Shown: positions 25,362-34,999, counted from the first letter of the stretch. The stretch is 44,835 nucleotides of DNA from an uncultured Oscillospiraceae bacterium (GCA_944386185.1 CALXAF010000195.1:1-44835), one strand, 5' to 3'. Translations and numbers: made by a program. The notes: generated by a model not told the origin, from the letters alone.

Positions 25362-27530
25362 TCATATCTCAGGACCATCTGCCTTGAGTTTTACCTTGAA
25401 AGATATCCGTCTCACGGTTGGAAGTGTATCAAACTTTATCATATACGCCCCCGCGTCCTCGTCCACCTCTTCTACCGTACCCTTTCCAAACATGAAGTGG
25501 CTGACACGCTCTCCGGGCGAGAATCGCTCCCCGTTCAAAGCCTCCATAGCGAGCCGCTCCCTGTCCACATGGTCTCTCAGCGCCGCGAGAAGGCTCTCCT
25601 GTGGCGGCTCCACGTACTCCAGCGTCTCCCCCATATCCATAATGAACCTGGATGGGAACCTATATGTGCCGTCAAGGCCGCGGCCGTCAGACCCGGAGAT
25701 GTAGAGTCCGAGCTTTGCCCTGGTAACAGCCACAAACGCAAGCCTTCTCTCCTCCTCCATGGCGTTGATGGTACGCACCTTCCTTGAGGGGAAAATTCCC
25801 TCGTTCATGCCGCAGAGGAACACATACGGAAACTCAAGCCCCTTGGCAGCGTGAACTGTCATAAGCTTCACCTTGTCGCCGGACTCCGCCGTGTCGGCAT
25901 TTGTAAACAGAGCCACGTGGGTGAGATAGTGCTCAAGTGCGGCCTCCTCCCCGCAGGTGGCCTCATACTCATATATGGACTGTTTCAGCTCAGCCAGGTT
26001 GTCGAGCCGCTCCTGGCTGCCCTCTGTCCGGAGCATTTTCTCATAGCCGCTCTCGTTGAGCAGGGTAGACAGTGTCTCTGAAACTGGCCTGTCCTGGTAT
26101 CTCAGTGAAAAACTCTCTATAAGCGAGATGAACGCCTCGGCTCCCGTGCTCTTTATAAGCGGCTCCTCCAGGTTCTCTTTTAACGCATCGAAGAGGGACA
26201 CTCCCCTGGATGCGCTGTACTCCTGGAGGAAGGCCATCCTCCTCTTTCCCAGGTTCCTCTTTGGCTTATTTACGATACGCCTGAAGGACAGGTCATCCCG
26301 GTAAGCGATCATTCCCAGGTAGCTCAGGGCGTCCTTTACCTCGGCCCTGTCGAAAAACTGTACGCCGCTGTATATTGTGTACGGTATCTTCTGCTCCATA
26401 AGCGCCTGTTCTATGGCCCGGGACACATAGTGGGCCCGGTACAGCACCGTCATATCCCTGTAAGGTACCCCGTTTTCATGGAGTTCTTTCATCTTCCCTG
26501 TGATCCATCCGCCCTCGCCATCCTGGCTCTCGGAGAGCAGGCAGAGCACCCGCTCCCCGTGCCCCAGCTGCGGTGTAAGGTCCTTTTTTATCCTGTATGA
26601 GTTTTTCCCTATAAGGGCATTGGCCGCAGATATTATCTCCGGCGTGGAGCGGTAATTGTCCATCATCATGATGGTTTTGGTGCCAGGGAATACCTTGTCA
26701 AACTCCAGAAGGTATTTTACATTCGCCCCTCTCCAGGTGTATATGGTCTGGTCAGGGTCACCAACTATGAAGAGGTTCCTGTGGTAGCCGCATAGCACCT
26801 CCATCAGCTGGTACTGGAGCATATCTATATCCTGGAACTCGTCTATCATTATATACTCAAGCCTCTGCTGCCACTTGAGCTTTATCCGCTCATCCTCCTT
26901 GAATATGTATAGAGTGAACTTTATAAGGTCGTTGTAATCAAGCCCAAAGCACTTCTTCTCCTGGTAGAGATACCCGTAGAATATGGCTTCCTCCACGCCC
27001 ACGGCCCTGTCGTACTTCTCCCTTAGGGTGTCCAGGGGCATCGTTATCATGTCCAGGTAATACTCCGGCTTTTTGAATATCTTCTGTATCTCTATCATGT
27101 CCCTGGCGTCGGCGAAGGTCATGTCCCGCAGGGTAAAGCCCCGTTCCTCATATATGACCTGGAGCATGGAATCTATGTCCGAGTTATCAAGCACAAGGAA
27201 GCTCTTTGGATATGACACAGCGTGGCTGTCCTCCTGCAGTACGGACACGCAGAAGCCGTGGAATGTGTTTATATACCCGGTGTCCCTGTCTCCGGTGAGC
27301 TTGCGTATGCGCTCGCGCATCTCATTGGCGGATTTGTTTGTGAAGGTGACACAGAGTATGTTCCCCGGCAGTATGCCAAGGTCGTTTACAAGGTAAGCAA
27401 AGCGCCGGGTGAGAGCCCTTGTTTTGCCGGAACCAGCGCCGGCTATGACGCGCACAAACCCCTCGGTACTTGTCACCGCCTCCCTCTGGGACGGGTTCAG
27501 TCCAGACAGCACCTCCATATTATTCTCCAT
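25362..27530 (-). CDS. UvrD/PcrA-family ATP-dependent DNA helicase (paralogue 2)
   Basis: Walker A AGAGSGKTRALT, DEFQD, helicase motifs, C-terminal Tudor-like GERVSHFMFGKGTVEEV. AGGAGGTGGG RBS before ATG 27530. Confidence 0.9.
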   Translation of the reverse strand: MENNMEVLSGLNPSQREAVTSTEGFVRVIAGAGSGKTRALTRRFAYLVNDLGILPGNILCVTFTNKSANEMRERIRKLTGDRDTGYINTFHGFCVSVLQEDSHAVSYPKSFLVLDNSDIDSMLQVIYEERGFTLRDMTFADARDMIEIQKIFKKPEYYLDMITMPLDTLREKYDRAVGVEEAIFYGYLYQEKKCFGLDYNDLIKFTLYIFKEDERIKLKWQQRLEYIMIDEFQDIDMLQYQLMEVLCGYHRNLFIVGDPDQTIYTWRGANVKYLLEFDKVFPGTKTIMMMDNYRSTPEIISAANALIGKNSYRIKKDLTPQLGHGERVLCLLSESQDGEGGWITGKMKELHENGVPYRDMTVLYRAHYVSRAIEQALMEQKIPYTIYSGVQFFDRAEVKDALSYLGMIAYRDDLSFRRIVNKPKRNLGKRRMAFLQEYSASRGVSLFDALKENLEEPLIKSTGAEAFISLIESFSLRYQDRPVSETLSTLLNESGYEKMLRTEGSQERLDNLAELKQSIYEYEATCGEEAALEHYLTHVALFTNADTAESGDKVKLMTVHAAKGLEFPYVFLCGMNEGIFPSRKVRTINAMEEERRLAFVAVTRAKLGLYISGSDGRGLDGTYRFPSRFIMDMGETLEYVEPPQESLLAALRDHVDRERLAMEALNGERFSPGERVSHFMFGKGTVEEVDEDAGAYMIKFDTLPTVRRISFKVKLKADGPEI

Positions 27531-27665
27531 TATCCCACCTCCTGTTCCTCCATCTATTTTACCAGTGAAATAGATTTTACTCAATACGCAGCCGGCTCCC
27601 ATATGCGTTAAAACTCATAATTTTAATACCCAATTTCAAATTGCCCCCATACACATGTTCACACG

Positions 27666-27694
27666 TGGACATCGGCTGCCGCCTATGGTAAAAT
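27666..27694 (+). promoter_or_regulatory. Promoter of the cat gene
   Basis: TGGACA (27666-27671), 17-nt spacing, extended -10 TGGTAAAAT (27686-27694). Confidence 0.55.
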
Positions 27695-27735
27695 CAAGCC
27701 GCATCTAAGATATGATTTAAAAGGAGCATAATCCA

Positions 27736-28359
27736 ATGTCATTCCATCTTATTGATATGGCAAACTGGGACAGGCGTGAACGATACGAGCACTACCTTAA
27801 CGATGTCAGGTGTACGTACTCCATGACTGTGGATGTGGACATCACGTCAATCTCCAGGCACAAGCTGTATCCGGCCATGCTCTGGCTTCTGACATCCTGT
27901 GTGGATCGCTTTCCAGAATTCCGCACGTGCCTCTCACCGGAAGGGCCGGGCATATTCGACCACCTTGAGCCGAGTTACACCATCTTCAACAGTGAGGCAA
28001 AGTCCTTCTCTGTGATCTGGACCGAGTTTTCAGGAAACTACCATGAGTTTCTACACCGGTATGAGCGCGATGTGGACACATATTCCAGTTCATGCAGATT
28101 GTATCCAAAAGATGGGATGCCTCGCAATACTTTCGATGTATCAATGATCCCATGGTCATCATTTACCGGTTTTAATCTTAATGTGTACGGATCTGGCGAC
28201 CATCTTCTGCCTATATTCACTATGGGCAGGGCATATGACCGCGACAGCAGAAGGCTCCTGCCCCTTTCCTGCCAGGTCCATCACGCCGTATGCGACGGCT
28301 ATCATCTCTCGATGTTTATCAAGGCCCTGCAGGATGCGATAGACAGCTTTTCCGGCTGA
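27736..28359 (+). CDS. cat: Type A chloramphenicol O-acetyltransferase family protein
   Basis: 207 aa. N-terminal W.RRE.Y.HY, IFTMGR, catalytic-His motif QVHHAVCDGYH. AAAGGAG RBS. Confidence 0.9.
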   Translation: MSFHLIDMANWDRRERYEHYLNDVRCTYSMTVDVDITSISRHKLYPAMLWLLTSCVDRFPEFRTCLSPEGPGIFDHLEPSYTIFNSEAKSFSVIWTEFSGNYHEFLHRYERDVDTYSSSCRLYPKDGMPRNTFDVSMIPWSSFTGFNLNVYGSGDHLLPIFTMGRAYDRDSRRLLPLSCQVHHAVCDGYHLSMFIKALQDAIDSFSG

Positions 28360-28369
28360 GTTCCCCGGC

Positions 28370-29080
28370 CTATCTTTTGCATGCCGCGCCGCAGAAAGCC
28401 GAGAATATCTTCCTGCTCTCCTCCGACACCCTCCAGGAGAATTCAGGGTGCCACTGGACGGCCCACAGGAACGGGTGCTCTGGCATCCAGAGTGCCTCTA
28501 CTATCCCATCCTCGGCTATGGCCATCGGCCGCAGTCCCGGCGCTAGAATCCTCACCGCCTGGTGGTGGCAGCTGTTCACCTGTATCGTCCCCTCGCCCAG
28601 CATCTCACTTATTGGTGTTCCCGGGAGCAGCCGGACAATATGGGAGGGACTACTGTACGGCGGTGACTGGTGGTGCTCAACCTGGGTGCCGCACTGGCTG
28701 GGTATATCCTGCCAAAGAGTACCGCCGAGAGCCGCGTTTATAAACTGTATGCCTCGGCATATTCCCAGAACAGGTTTGCCCCGTTCCAGTGCCATACGGA
28801 GAAGCTGCCGTTCCATGGCATCCCTCTCGGGGCACGTCTCCCCTGTGATCCCCGTGTCCGCCTGGCCATAAACCTCCGGGCACACGTCCTGTCCGCCGGT
28901 AAACACAAAGCCCGAGCAGGTATCCATTACCCTCTCCAGCAGGCCTCGATCGTCAGTGAGCGGCAGCATTACCGGCACGCCGCCTCCGTCTATTATCCCA
29001 TCCATATACCCCGGCAACATCCAATAGCTCTCCCGCTGTATATCAACCAACGGCACAACGCCGATAATTGGTTTTACCAT
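28370..29080 (-). CDS. Class I glutamine amidotransferase-like hydrolase (PuuD / peptidase C26 family)
   Basis: Nucleophile elbow GICRGIQFINAALGGTL, HHQA, and WAVQWHPE at the C-terminal side. Confidence 0.88.
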   Translation of the reverse strand: MVKPIIGVVPLVDIQRESYWMLPGYMDGIIDGGGVPVMLPLTDDRGLLERVMDTCSGFVFTGGQDVCPEVYGQADTGITGETCPERDAMERQLLRMALERGKPVLGICRGIQFINAALGGTLWQDIPSQCGTQVEHHQSPPYSSPSHIVRLLPGTPISEMLGEGTIQVNSCHHQAVRILAPGLRPMAIAEDGIVEALWMPEHPFLWAVQWHPEFSWRVSEESRKIFSAFCGAACKR

Positions 29081-29100
29081 CACAAATCACCTCTAGAGAT

Positions 29101-29137
29101 TAATAAAATGGCGGCCGGATATCTTATCCCGGCCGCC
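29101..29137 (-). terminator. Rho-independent terminator after the HAD gene
   Basis: Minus strand reads GGCGGCCGG-GATAAGATAT-CCGGCCGCC followed by ATTTTATTA. Confidence 0.75.
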
Positions 29138-29189
29138 GTTGGCTTTCAAAACATGTTTCTAATAACTGGACAATCCAGCCTGCACCGTA

Positions 29190-29843
29190 TCACACGCCGA
29201 GCATCCTGCCCAGTTCCTCAACAGAGCCGGCAAAGTAGGTTGCCCCGGCCTCTGTCAGCTCCTGTCGGCTCCCGTACCCGTAGAGTACGCCTATGGAGTC
29301 CATGCCGCACTCCGCCGCGCCCTCCGCGTCGAACCTCCTGTCGCCTACCATGACGCACCTGTCGATCCTGTCTATGCCGGCGTCGGCGATCACCTGGCGT
29401 ATCACATCTGCCTTTGAATATCTGCCGACGGACTCATCCGAACCGCGGATAACGTCAAAATACTGGCTCACTCCAAAATAGTCCGAGAGGATTTTCACAA
29501 ACTTCTCCGCCTTGCTGGAGGCAAGGTACAGCTTCTTCCCGCTGTCTGAGAGCCTCTTCAGAAGTTCTGGTATCCCGTCGTATACCCTGTTCTCATAGGC
29601 GCCCCTCTGGGCGTAGTATACCCGGTAGTTCCCAATGGCCTCCTGTGCCTGCTCCTTTGTGAATCCAAAAAAGTTGTTGAAGGAATAGCTCAGCGGGGGA
29701 CCGACAACACGGAACAGTTCCGACCTCTCAGGAGGTTTCATTCCCATTTTCTCAAGCGCATAAATGAAGGAATTTATTATCCCGTCGGCAGAGTCGTTTA
29801 TCGTGCCGTCCAGATCAAAAAAGATGAAATCGTAGTTTTTCAT
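29190..29843 (-). CDS. HAD-IA family hydrolase (phosphoglycolate phosphatase-like)
   Basis: Motif I FDLDGTINDS, motif IV VGDRRFD. Confidence 0.88.
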   Translation of the reverse strand: MKNYDFIFFDLDGTINDSADGIINSFIYALEKMGMKPPERSELFRVVGPPLSYSFNNFFGFTKEQAQEAIGNYRVYYAQRGAYENRVYDGIPELLKRLSDSGKKLYLASSKAEKFVKILSDYFGVSQYFDVIRGSDESVGRYSKADVIRQVIADAGIDRIDRCVMVGDRRFDAEGAAECGMDSIGVLYGYGSRQELTEAGATYFAGSVEELGRMLGV

Positions 29844-29856
29844 ATGTCCACCAGTT

Positions 29857-32325
29857 TCATATTTTCTCCATAAATGCGCCGGCAGTTTTGAGCATGAGGC
29901 GCTTTTGCCCAGAGGCGAAATCTACAGTTATCAGCGCGTCCCCGGGCATGGCCGTGTAGGCGGAGACCACTCCCTCCCCGAATGCCTTGTGGCGCACTCT
30001 GTCACCGACAGATATCTCCAGGAGTTTCGTCTTGGCAGGAGGCGTCCTTGCAGGATCCGGCCGCTTTGCCGGGCCTGTCGGCCGCTGGCCGTACGATGAG
30101 CGCCTCGCCTCCACTCCCGCGCCATATCCGCCGGCGGAGTATCCCTGCCTCTCCCGGCGCCTGTACTCCATGTAATCCTGATCCGGCACCCTCTCGTAAC
30201 CGCCGTCATAGGCCGGCCTTGTGTCGGCCGGCTTGTCTATGTGCTCGTCGGGTATCTCGTCCACAAACCTAGAAATGAGGTTCGACGATGTGTGTACAAA
30301 GAGCATCCTCCGGCGGGCGGCGGTGATGGTAAGGCGGCGTTTTGCCCTTGTTATGGCCACATAGCAGAGCCGCCGCTCCTCCTCCATATCCTCTATCTCG
30401 CCTATGGAGCGCAGGGATGGGAATATCCCGTCCTCCATACCCACAAGAAATACCCATGGAAACTCCAGACCCTTGGCGGCGTGGATGGTCATCATTATCA
30501 CGCTGTCGCCGTTGTCGTCCAGCCCGTCAAGGTCAGTATACAGGGCTATCTCGTCCAGGAATCCGGCCAATGTGGGTTCCGGCGTCCTCTCCATATAATT
30601 TACAATATTGCTCTTGAGCTCCCATATATTGTCCACTCTGGCAAGGGCCTCGTCCGAGGTGCCCAGGGCTGTCACATAGCCCGTCTTTTCAATGAGCAGG
30701 TCGTAAAACTGATCAAGAGGCATCGTATTGGCAGCCTCACGCAGCGAGGCCATCAGCTCTGCAAAAGCGCGCAGCTTTGAAACCGAGTTTTTAAGTTCCG
30801 GATATAGGTCGCAGTTCTCAATGACCGTGTTTACCGGCAGCCGGTTCTCCGCTGCGATATTCCTGAGCCGCTCTATGGTCGTGTTGCCTATTCCACGGGG
30901 CGGGCTGTTTATTATCCGAAGCAGCCTCAGGTCGTCCTCCGGGGTGTGCAGTGCACACAGGTACGATGTCATGTCCTTTATCTCAGCCCTGTCAAAGAAC
31001 CTTGTGCCGCCCACCACCTTATACGGTATACTGTTGCGCTTCATAGCGTACTCAAGACGGTTTGACTGGGCGTTCATCCTGTAAAGGACCGCAAAATCCC
31101 CCCAGCCCATTCCCTGGGCCTTTCCGCCCAGTATGCGGGCACAGACGTACTGGGCCTCCTCATCGTCGTTCTCGGCGATATATAGCGTCAGCTTGTCCCC
31201 GTCCTGGGCCTGCGTCCAGAGCTCCTTTCCCTTTCTTCCCTGGTTATTCTTTATCACGGCGTTTGCCGCGCCCAGGATGTGTCCGGTGGAGCGGTAGTTC
31301 TGCTCCAGCTTTATGCATCTGGCATTTTTATACCGTTTCTCAAAGGACAGTATATTCTCTATTGTAGCCCCCCTAAAGCGGTAGATGCTCTGGTCGTCGT
31401 CGCCCACCACGCAGATATTGTCCTGCCCACCCGCAAGGGTGCTGGCAAGTATATACTGCAAATTGCTGGTGTCCTGGTACTCATCCACCAGCACATACCG
31501 GAAGTACCGCTGGTAGTAGCTCCTTACATCCTCATCCTCCAGCAGCAGCCGGACAGTGCAGAGTATAAGGTCGTCAAAATCCAGCGCCTCCGCCGCCCTC
31601 AGCCGGCGCTCGTACTCTGTATAGGCTCTGGCGATTATCTTTTTCCTGGGGTCGTAGCCCCGCTCGGCCTCCTGGGCGTATTTCTCAGCGGTGAGCATAT
31701 CGCCCTTGGCCCGGCTTATATAGCCCAGGACAGTCTTCGGCGGGAACGCCTTGTCGTCTATGTTGTTCTCCCGGAGCACACGGCGCATCACCGACACCGA
31801 GTCGTCGGTGTCATATATTGTGAATGAGCGTGATATACCAATCGACTCCGCGCTCCTTCTGAGTATGCGGACACAGGCCGAGTGAAAGGTCATAGCCCAG
31901 ATGTCCTCAGCCTCCGGCCCCAGCATCGCCGCCAGCCTGGTCTTCAGCTCACCCGCCGCCTTATTGGTGAAGGTTATTGCCATCACGCGCCAGGGGGCCG
32001 CCGGCTCCACAGCCACAAGGCGCCGCTCCTCCTCCGATATCCTGCCCTCCGGTGACTGGGCAAGCCCGATAATATGGAGCATATCCTCCTGCGTCACACC
32101 TTCCGGCACGTCGCGGCAGTCAGAGGCGCGTCCATAGCGGATAAGGTTCGCTATGCGGCTTATGAGCACAGTGGTCTTGCCGCTGCCGGCGCCTGCCAGC
32201 AGCAGCAGCGGCCCCTCTGTGGAAAGCACCGCCTCAAGCTGTTTATCGTTGAGCCCGGAGAAGTCACGGCTTATAAGCTCCCTGCGGGCCCGTATGTACT
32301 TTTCATATATTTCATTCATTTCCAT
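29857..32325 (-). CDS. pcrA: ATP-dependent DNA helicase PcrA
   Basis: AGAGSGKTTVL, VDEYQDTS, full UvrD/PcrA motif set. Long Arg/Gly/Tyr/Pro-rich linker, then a Tudor-like C-terminus GDRVRHKAFGEGVV. Confidence 0.92.
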   Translation of the reverse strand: MEMNEIYEKYIRARRELISRDFSGLNDKQLEAVLSTEGPLLLLAGAGSGKTTVLISRIANLIRYGRASDCRDVPEGVTQEDMLHIIGLAQSPEGRISEEERRLVAVEPAAPWRVMAITFTNKAAGELKTRLAAMLGPEAEDIWAMTFHSACVRILRRSAESIGISRSFTIYDTDDSVSVMRRVLRENNIDDKAFPPKTVLGYISRAKGDMLTAEKYAQEAERGYDPRKKIIARAYTEYERRLRAAEALDFDDLILCTVRLLLEDEDVRSYYQRYFRYVLVDEYQDTSNLQYILASTLAGGQDNICVVGDDDQSIYRFRGATIENILSFEKRYKNARCIKLEQNYRSTGHILGAANAVIKNNQGRKGKELWTQAQDGDKLTLYIAENDDEEAQYVCARILGGKAQGMGWGDFAVLYRMNAQSNRLEYAMKRNSIPYKVVGGTRFFDRAEIKDMTSYLCALHTPEDDLRLLRIINSPPRGIGNTTIERLRNIAAENRLPVNTVIENCDLYPELKNSVSKLRAFAELMASLREAANTMPLDQFYDLLIEKTGYVTALGTSDEALARVDNIWELKSNIVNYMERTPEPTLAGFLDEIALYTDLDGLDDNGDSVIMMTIHAAKGLEFPWVFLVGMEDGIFPSLRSIGEIEDMEEERRLCYVAITRAKRRLTITAARRRMLFVHTSSNLISRFVDEIPDEHIDKPADTRPAYDGGYERVPDQDYMEYRRRERQGYSAGGYGAGVEARRSSYGQRPTGPAKRPDPARTPPAKTKLLEISVGDRVRHKAFGEGVVSAYTAMPGDALITVDFASGQKRLMLKTAGAFMEKI

Positions 32326-32378
32326 AGCTACTCGATTATACCAGAGGCCCGGACAATTTGAAAGATGTAAAAAGGCAC

Positions 32379-32413
32379 AAAAAAGTGATGGGAGCCTCGC
32401 CAGGCTCCCATCA
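32379..32413 (-). terminator. Rho-independent terminator after the GNAT gene
   Basis: TGATGGGAGCC / GGCTCCCATCA stem (32386-32413), followed on the minus strand by CTTTTTT. Confidence 0.8.
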
Positions 32414-32545
32414 ATTGAAAAAGAGGATAAAATGAAAAAGGTGAATCAATGCTTCACGATACACATAATACCTTTAAACTTTTAAGTAAAAAACATTAAA
32501 ATATTTCAAAAATATTAAATCTAAAAATTTTTTTGATTTTTTCTG

Positions 32546-33397
32546 TCAATCAAAGGCGAAACCGTACCAGCCAAGGCCGGTATCCTCCTCTTCACCGTCA
32601 GATATCCCTCTGGCCATGGCGAAAGCCACTCCCTCCTCACCCGGACGCACCGGCGTCCTGTAAGTGAAGCTCTCCTTTCCCAGTGCCCTGGCGGTGATGA
32701 GAGCGGGCATATGGAGCGTACCCGTTGGGACGACGAGTTCCTTTATCAGTATCTCCCCATCTCTCATCTCAGCCGCCGCCGCGCAGCGCACGCCAGAGGC
32801 TGTAACCGAGAACAGCCCTCCGCCGCTCATGGTGCAGATCTTCTCCTGGAACCTCATGGCCTCCGGAGAAAAATCTATATAGTCACGCCCTTTAAGCAGC
32901 CGGCGGCGTATCTGTGAATACTCCTGGGCGTCAACTCTCCTGGCGCTTCCGTATGCGAGCATCCCTTGGCCGGAACTCGAGGCCTCATAGATATAAAAAT
33001 GGTCCCTGTATCCGCCACGGCTGCGGTAGTAGTCAAAGAGCGAATACTGAGCCGGACATATTACACCCACAGCCCCGTCCCGGCAGCTCATATCAGCCGC
33101 CCGCTCAATGACGGCGGAGCCTAATCCCATTCCCCGCAGCTCAGGCAGGGTGGCAAAGGCGTAGACCGCCCTGCACGGGCGCCTGTCTCCCCCAGCTGTG
33201 ACAAATTCGCCCAGCTCCACCACATATGCGGCGCTGGCCACTCTCCCGCCGGCACAGCACACCAGCGTGTTCTCCGGCCTGTAGAGATCGTCAAAGAACA
33301 TATCTATGTATTGGTCCCCATCCCCAAAAGCCGTCTTCCACAGCGATTTCAGCTCCGGAATGTCCTGGCTCCCGGCTGTCCTTATAACATACTCCAT
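32546..33397 (-). CDS. GNAT family N-acetyltransferase with a C-terminal extension
   Basis: AFATLPELRGMGLGSAVIERA acetyl-CoA-binding-type motif. ATG directly abuts the upstream stop (TAAATG). Confidence 0.75.
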   Translation of the reverse strand: MEYVIRTAGSQDIPELKSLWKTAFGDGDQYIDMFFDDLYRPENTLVCCAGGRVASAAYVVELGEFVTAGGDRRPCRAVYAFATLPELRGMGLGSAVIERAADMSCRDGAVGVICPAQYSLFDYYRSRGGYRDHFYIYEASSSGQGMLAYGSARRVDAQEYSQIRRRLLKGRDYIDFSPEAMRFQEKICTMSGGGLFSVTASGVRCAAAAEMRDGEILIKELVVPTGTLHMPALITARALGKESFTYRTPVRPGEEGVAFAMARGISDGEEEDTGLGWYGFAFD

Positions 33398-34294
33398 TTA
33401 CTCCCAAACAGCAGTGTACTTATCCACCATAAATACAGGCCGGTAAGACTGCTTTGCCTTTCTGAGATTTTCTATGCCCATATCCTCTTCCCGATTTATA
33501 TACTCAAGCTTCGGATACTTTGTAAGCAGATACTTCGCGAACTGCTGGTTTATTATGGCGTATCCTCCGTTTACTGAAGGGTCCGCCTTCTCAAAATGCG
33601 TGACGAAAGTGCCTGGGGATATGAGTTCCCCTATGGTAAAAGCGGCAATCTCTCCCCCGTCCCATATAATACCCCCGTCAAATCCCGCGTCGAAATATAT
33701 CTCAAGTGCGCTGTGGAGGGCCCGTATCTCACCCAGGTAATCAACTCCCCGCTCCTGGGAATTTTCTATGAACCATTCTGAGGCAAAGTCATGGCATGCT
33801 CCTATATTTTCCCTGGTTATCGGCTCAAAGCGCCAGTTGTGCTCTGCCATGAACCTGTTGACATGGTTCTTTTTTGCATGGTACCGCTTCCCCGCAAGCT
33901 CTGCCAGATCCTGGGCTCTGTACACATAGTCGGAACTGTTGGGGTTCATGGAAATCACCGGCTCCGATGGCAGCAGAGCGTGTATCTCCGAGAGCAGCGG
34001 CTTTGTTATGCTCCGCATTATAAATGGGTTTCCCATTGACTTGGCGTCCTCCGCCATCAGCTCTATGGCCGGGCGTATATTTCCAGCACCCACAGGGTAG
34101 GCATACATATGCCTGCCGCCGATCGTGAGGCGCATTATAAGCCTGTCACCAAGCCGCGCCACCTTCGGCGCAGTGTAGTGACCCCAGCAATAGATACTGC
34201 CGAAGCTGTAGTCTGCGCTATGCAGATCGTTTTTCGAGGCCAGCTCGTACATCCACTGCCTGTCACTGACTTCAGGGTTTCTAAACTCTATCAT
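33398..34294 (-). CDS. Stand-alone DUF2156 protein (homologue of the catalytic C-terminal domain of aminoacyl-phosphatidylglycerol synthases)
   Basis: SADYSFGSIYCWGHY..., YAYPVG.G, LAGKRYHAKKNHVNRF, and acidic/aromatic C-terminal half, as I remember for DUF2156. No membrane domain. Confidence 0.65.
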   Translation of the reverse strand: MIEFRNPEVSDRQWMYELASKNDLHSADYSFGSIYCWGHYTAPKVARLGDRLIMRLTIGGRHMYAYPVGAGNIRPAIELMAEDAKSMGNPFIMRSITKPLLSEIHALLPSEPVISMNPNSSDYVYRAQDLAELAGKRYHAKKNHVNRFMAEHNWRFEPITRENIGACHDFASEWFIENSQERGVDYLGEIRALHSALEIYFDAGFDGGIIWDGGEIAAFTIGELISPGTFVTHFEKADPSVNGGYAIINQQFAKYLLTKYPKLEYINREEDMGIENLRKAKQSYRPVFMVDKYTAVWE

Positions 34295-34334
34295 AAAATA
34301 CTGCGCGTCTCTCCTCTTTTATTCTCTTTTTTAA

Positions 34335-34907
34335 TCAACCGGCATAAACTTCAGGGCATACCGAGTTTATAAGCTCCTGGAGCGCCTTTAGATCCTCGAA
34401 TGTGTCCGGCCGCTTATACGGATCCCTGAGCAGGGCCGCCGGATGGTATATGGCCATATAGTATATACCGTCCTTCTCAAACACCTGCCCGTGTTCCCGT
34501 GTGATCTTGAAGTCGCTCTTTATAAGGGTCATCGCGGCTATGCGTCCCAGGCACACGATTATTTTTGGAGATATCAGCTCTATCTGGGGACGCAGCCAAC
34601 TCATACAGGCAGCCCTCTCACTCTCCTGCGGGTCCCTGTTCTTGGGAGGACGACATTTTACAATGTTCGTTATGTAAAAGTTTTTACATCTGTCCAAGTT
34701 TATTATCTTCAACATGGTGTCAAGGAACTGCCCGCCCCGGCCCACAAAGGGCTGGCCCTGCAGATCCTCATTTTCGCCCGGGCCCTCGCCGATGAACATA
34801 ACCCTGGCATTCGGGACGCCGGCACCGAATACAAGGTTTGTCCGCGTCTCTCCCAGGACACAGTTTTTGCACTTTTGGCATTGGGCCTCAAGCTCTGTCA
34901 ATGTCAT
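34335..34907 (-). CDS. Family 4 uracil-DNA glycosylase
   Basis: N-terminal Cys cluster CQKCKNC, motif [22 protein letters not shown], and HPAALLR at the C-terminal side. AAGGAAAG RBS before ATG 34907. Confidence 0.9.
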   Translation of the reverse strand: MTLTELEAQCQKCKNCVLGETRTNLVFGAGVPNARVMFIGEGPGENEDLQGQPFVGRGGQFLDTMLKIINLDRCKNFYITNIVKCRPPKNRDPQESERAACMSWLRPQIELISPKIIVCLGRIAAMTLIKSDFKITREHGQVFEKDGIYYMAIYHPAALLRDPYKRPDTFEDLKALQELINSVCPEVYAG

Positions 34908-34999
34908 AAATACTTTCCTTTCAAAGTTTGGTACATAATGAGTATACCACATCATCCGAAAAAGAAAAGGGGCTTAAACGTCAAGTCCCAATGGAAACC

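Noticed and set aside
27685-27708. A seven-codon mini-ORF (MVKSSRI) upstream of cat, reminiscent of the leader peptides that control inducible cat genes by translation attenuation.
   Set aside because: The same bases form the extended -10 (TGGTAAAAT) of a well-spaced promoter, so the mini-ORF would mostly lie upstream of the transcript start. It has no RBS. The only nearby stem (AAATCA/TGATTT) is short, AT-only, and does not sequester the cat RBS.
32416-32545. A very AT-rich 130-bp tract downstream of the GNAT gene. It includes a 17-codon plus-strand ORF (32432-32485, MKKVNQCFTIHIIPLNF) with an AGAGGA box.
   Set aside because: It lies between the GNAT stop and its terminator on the opposite strand. 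I saw no promoter and cannot assess conservation. It is most simply an AT-rich 3-prime UTR or spacer.
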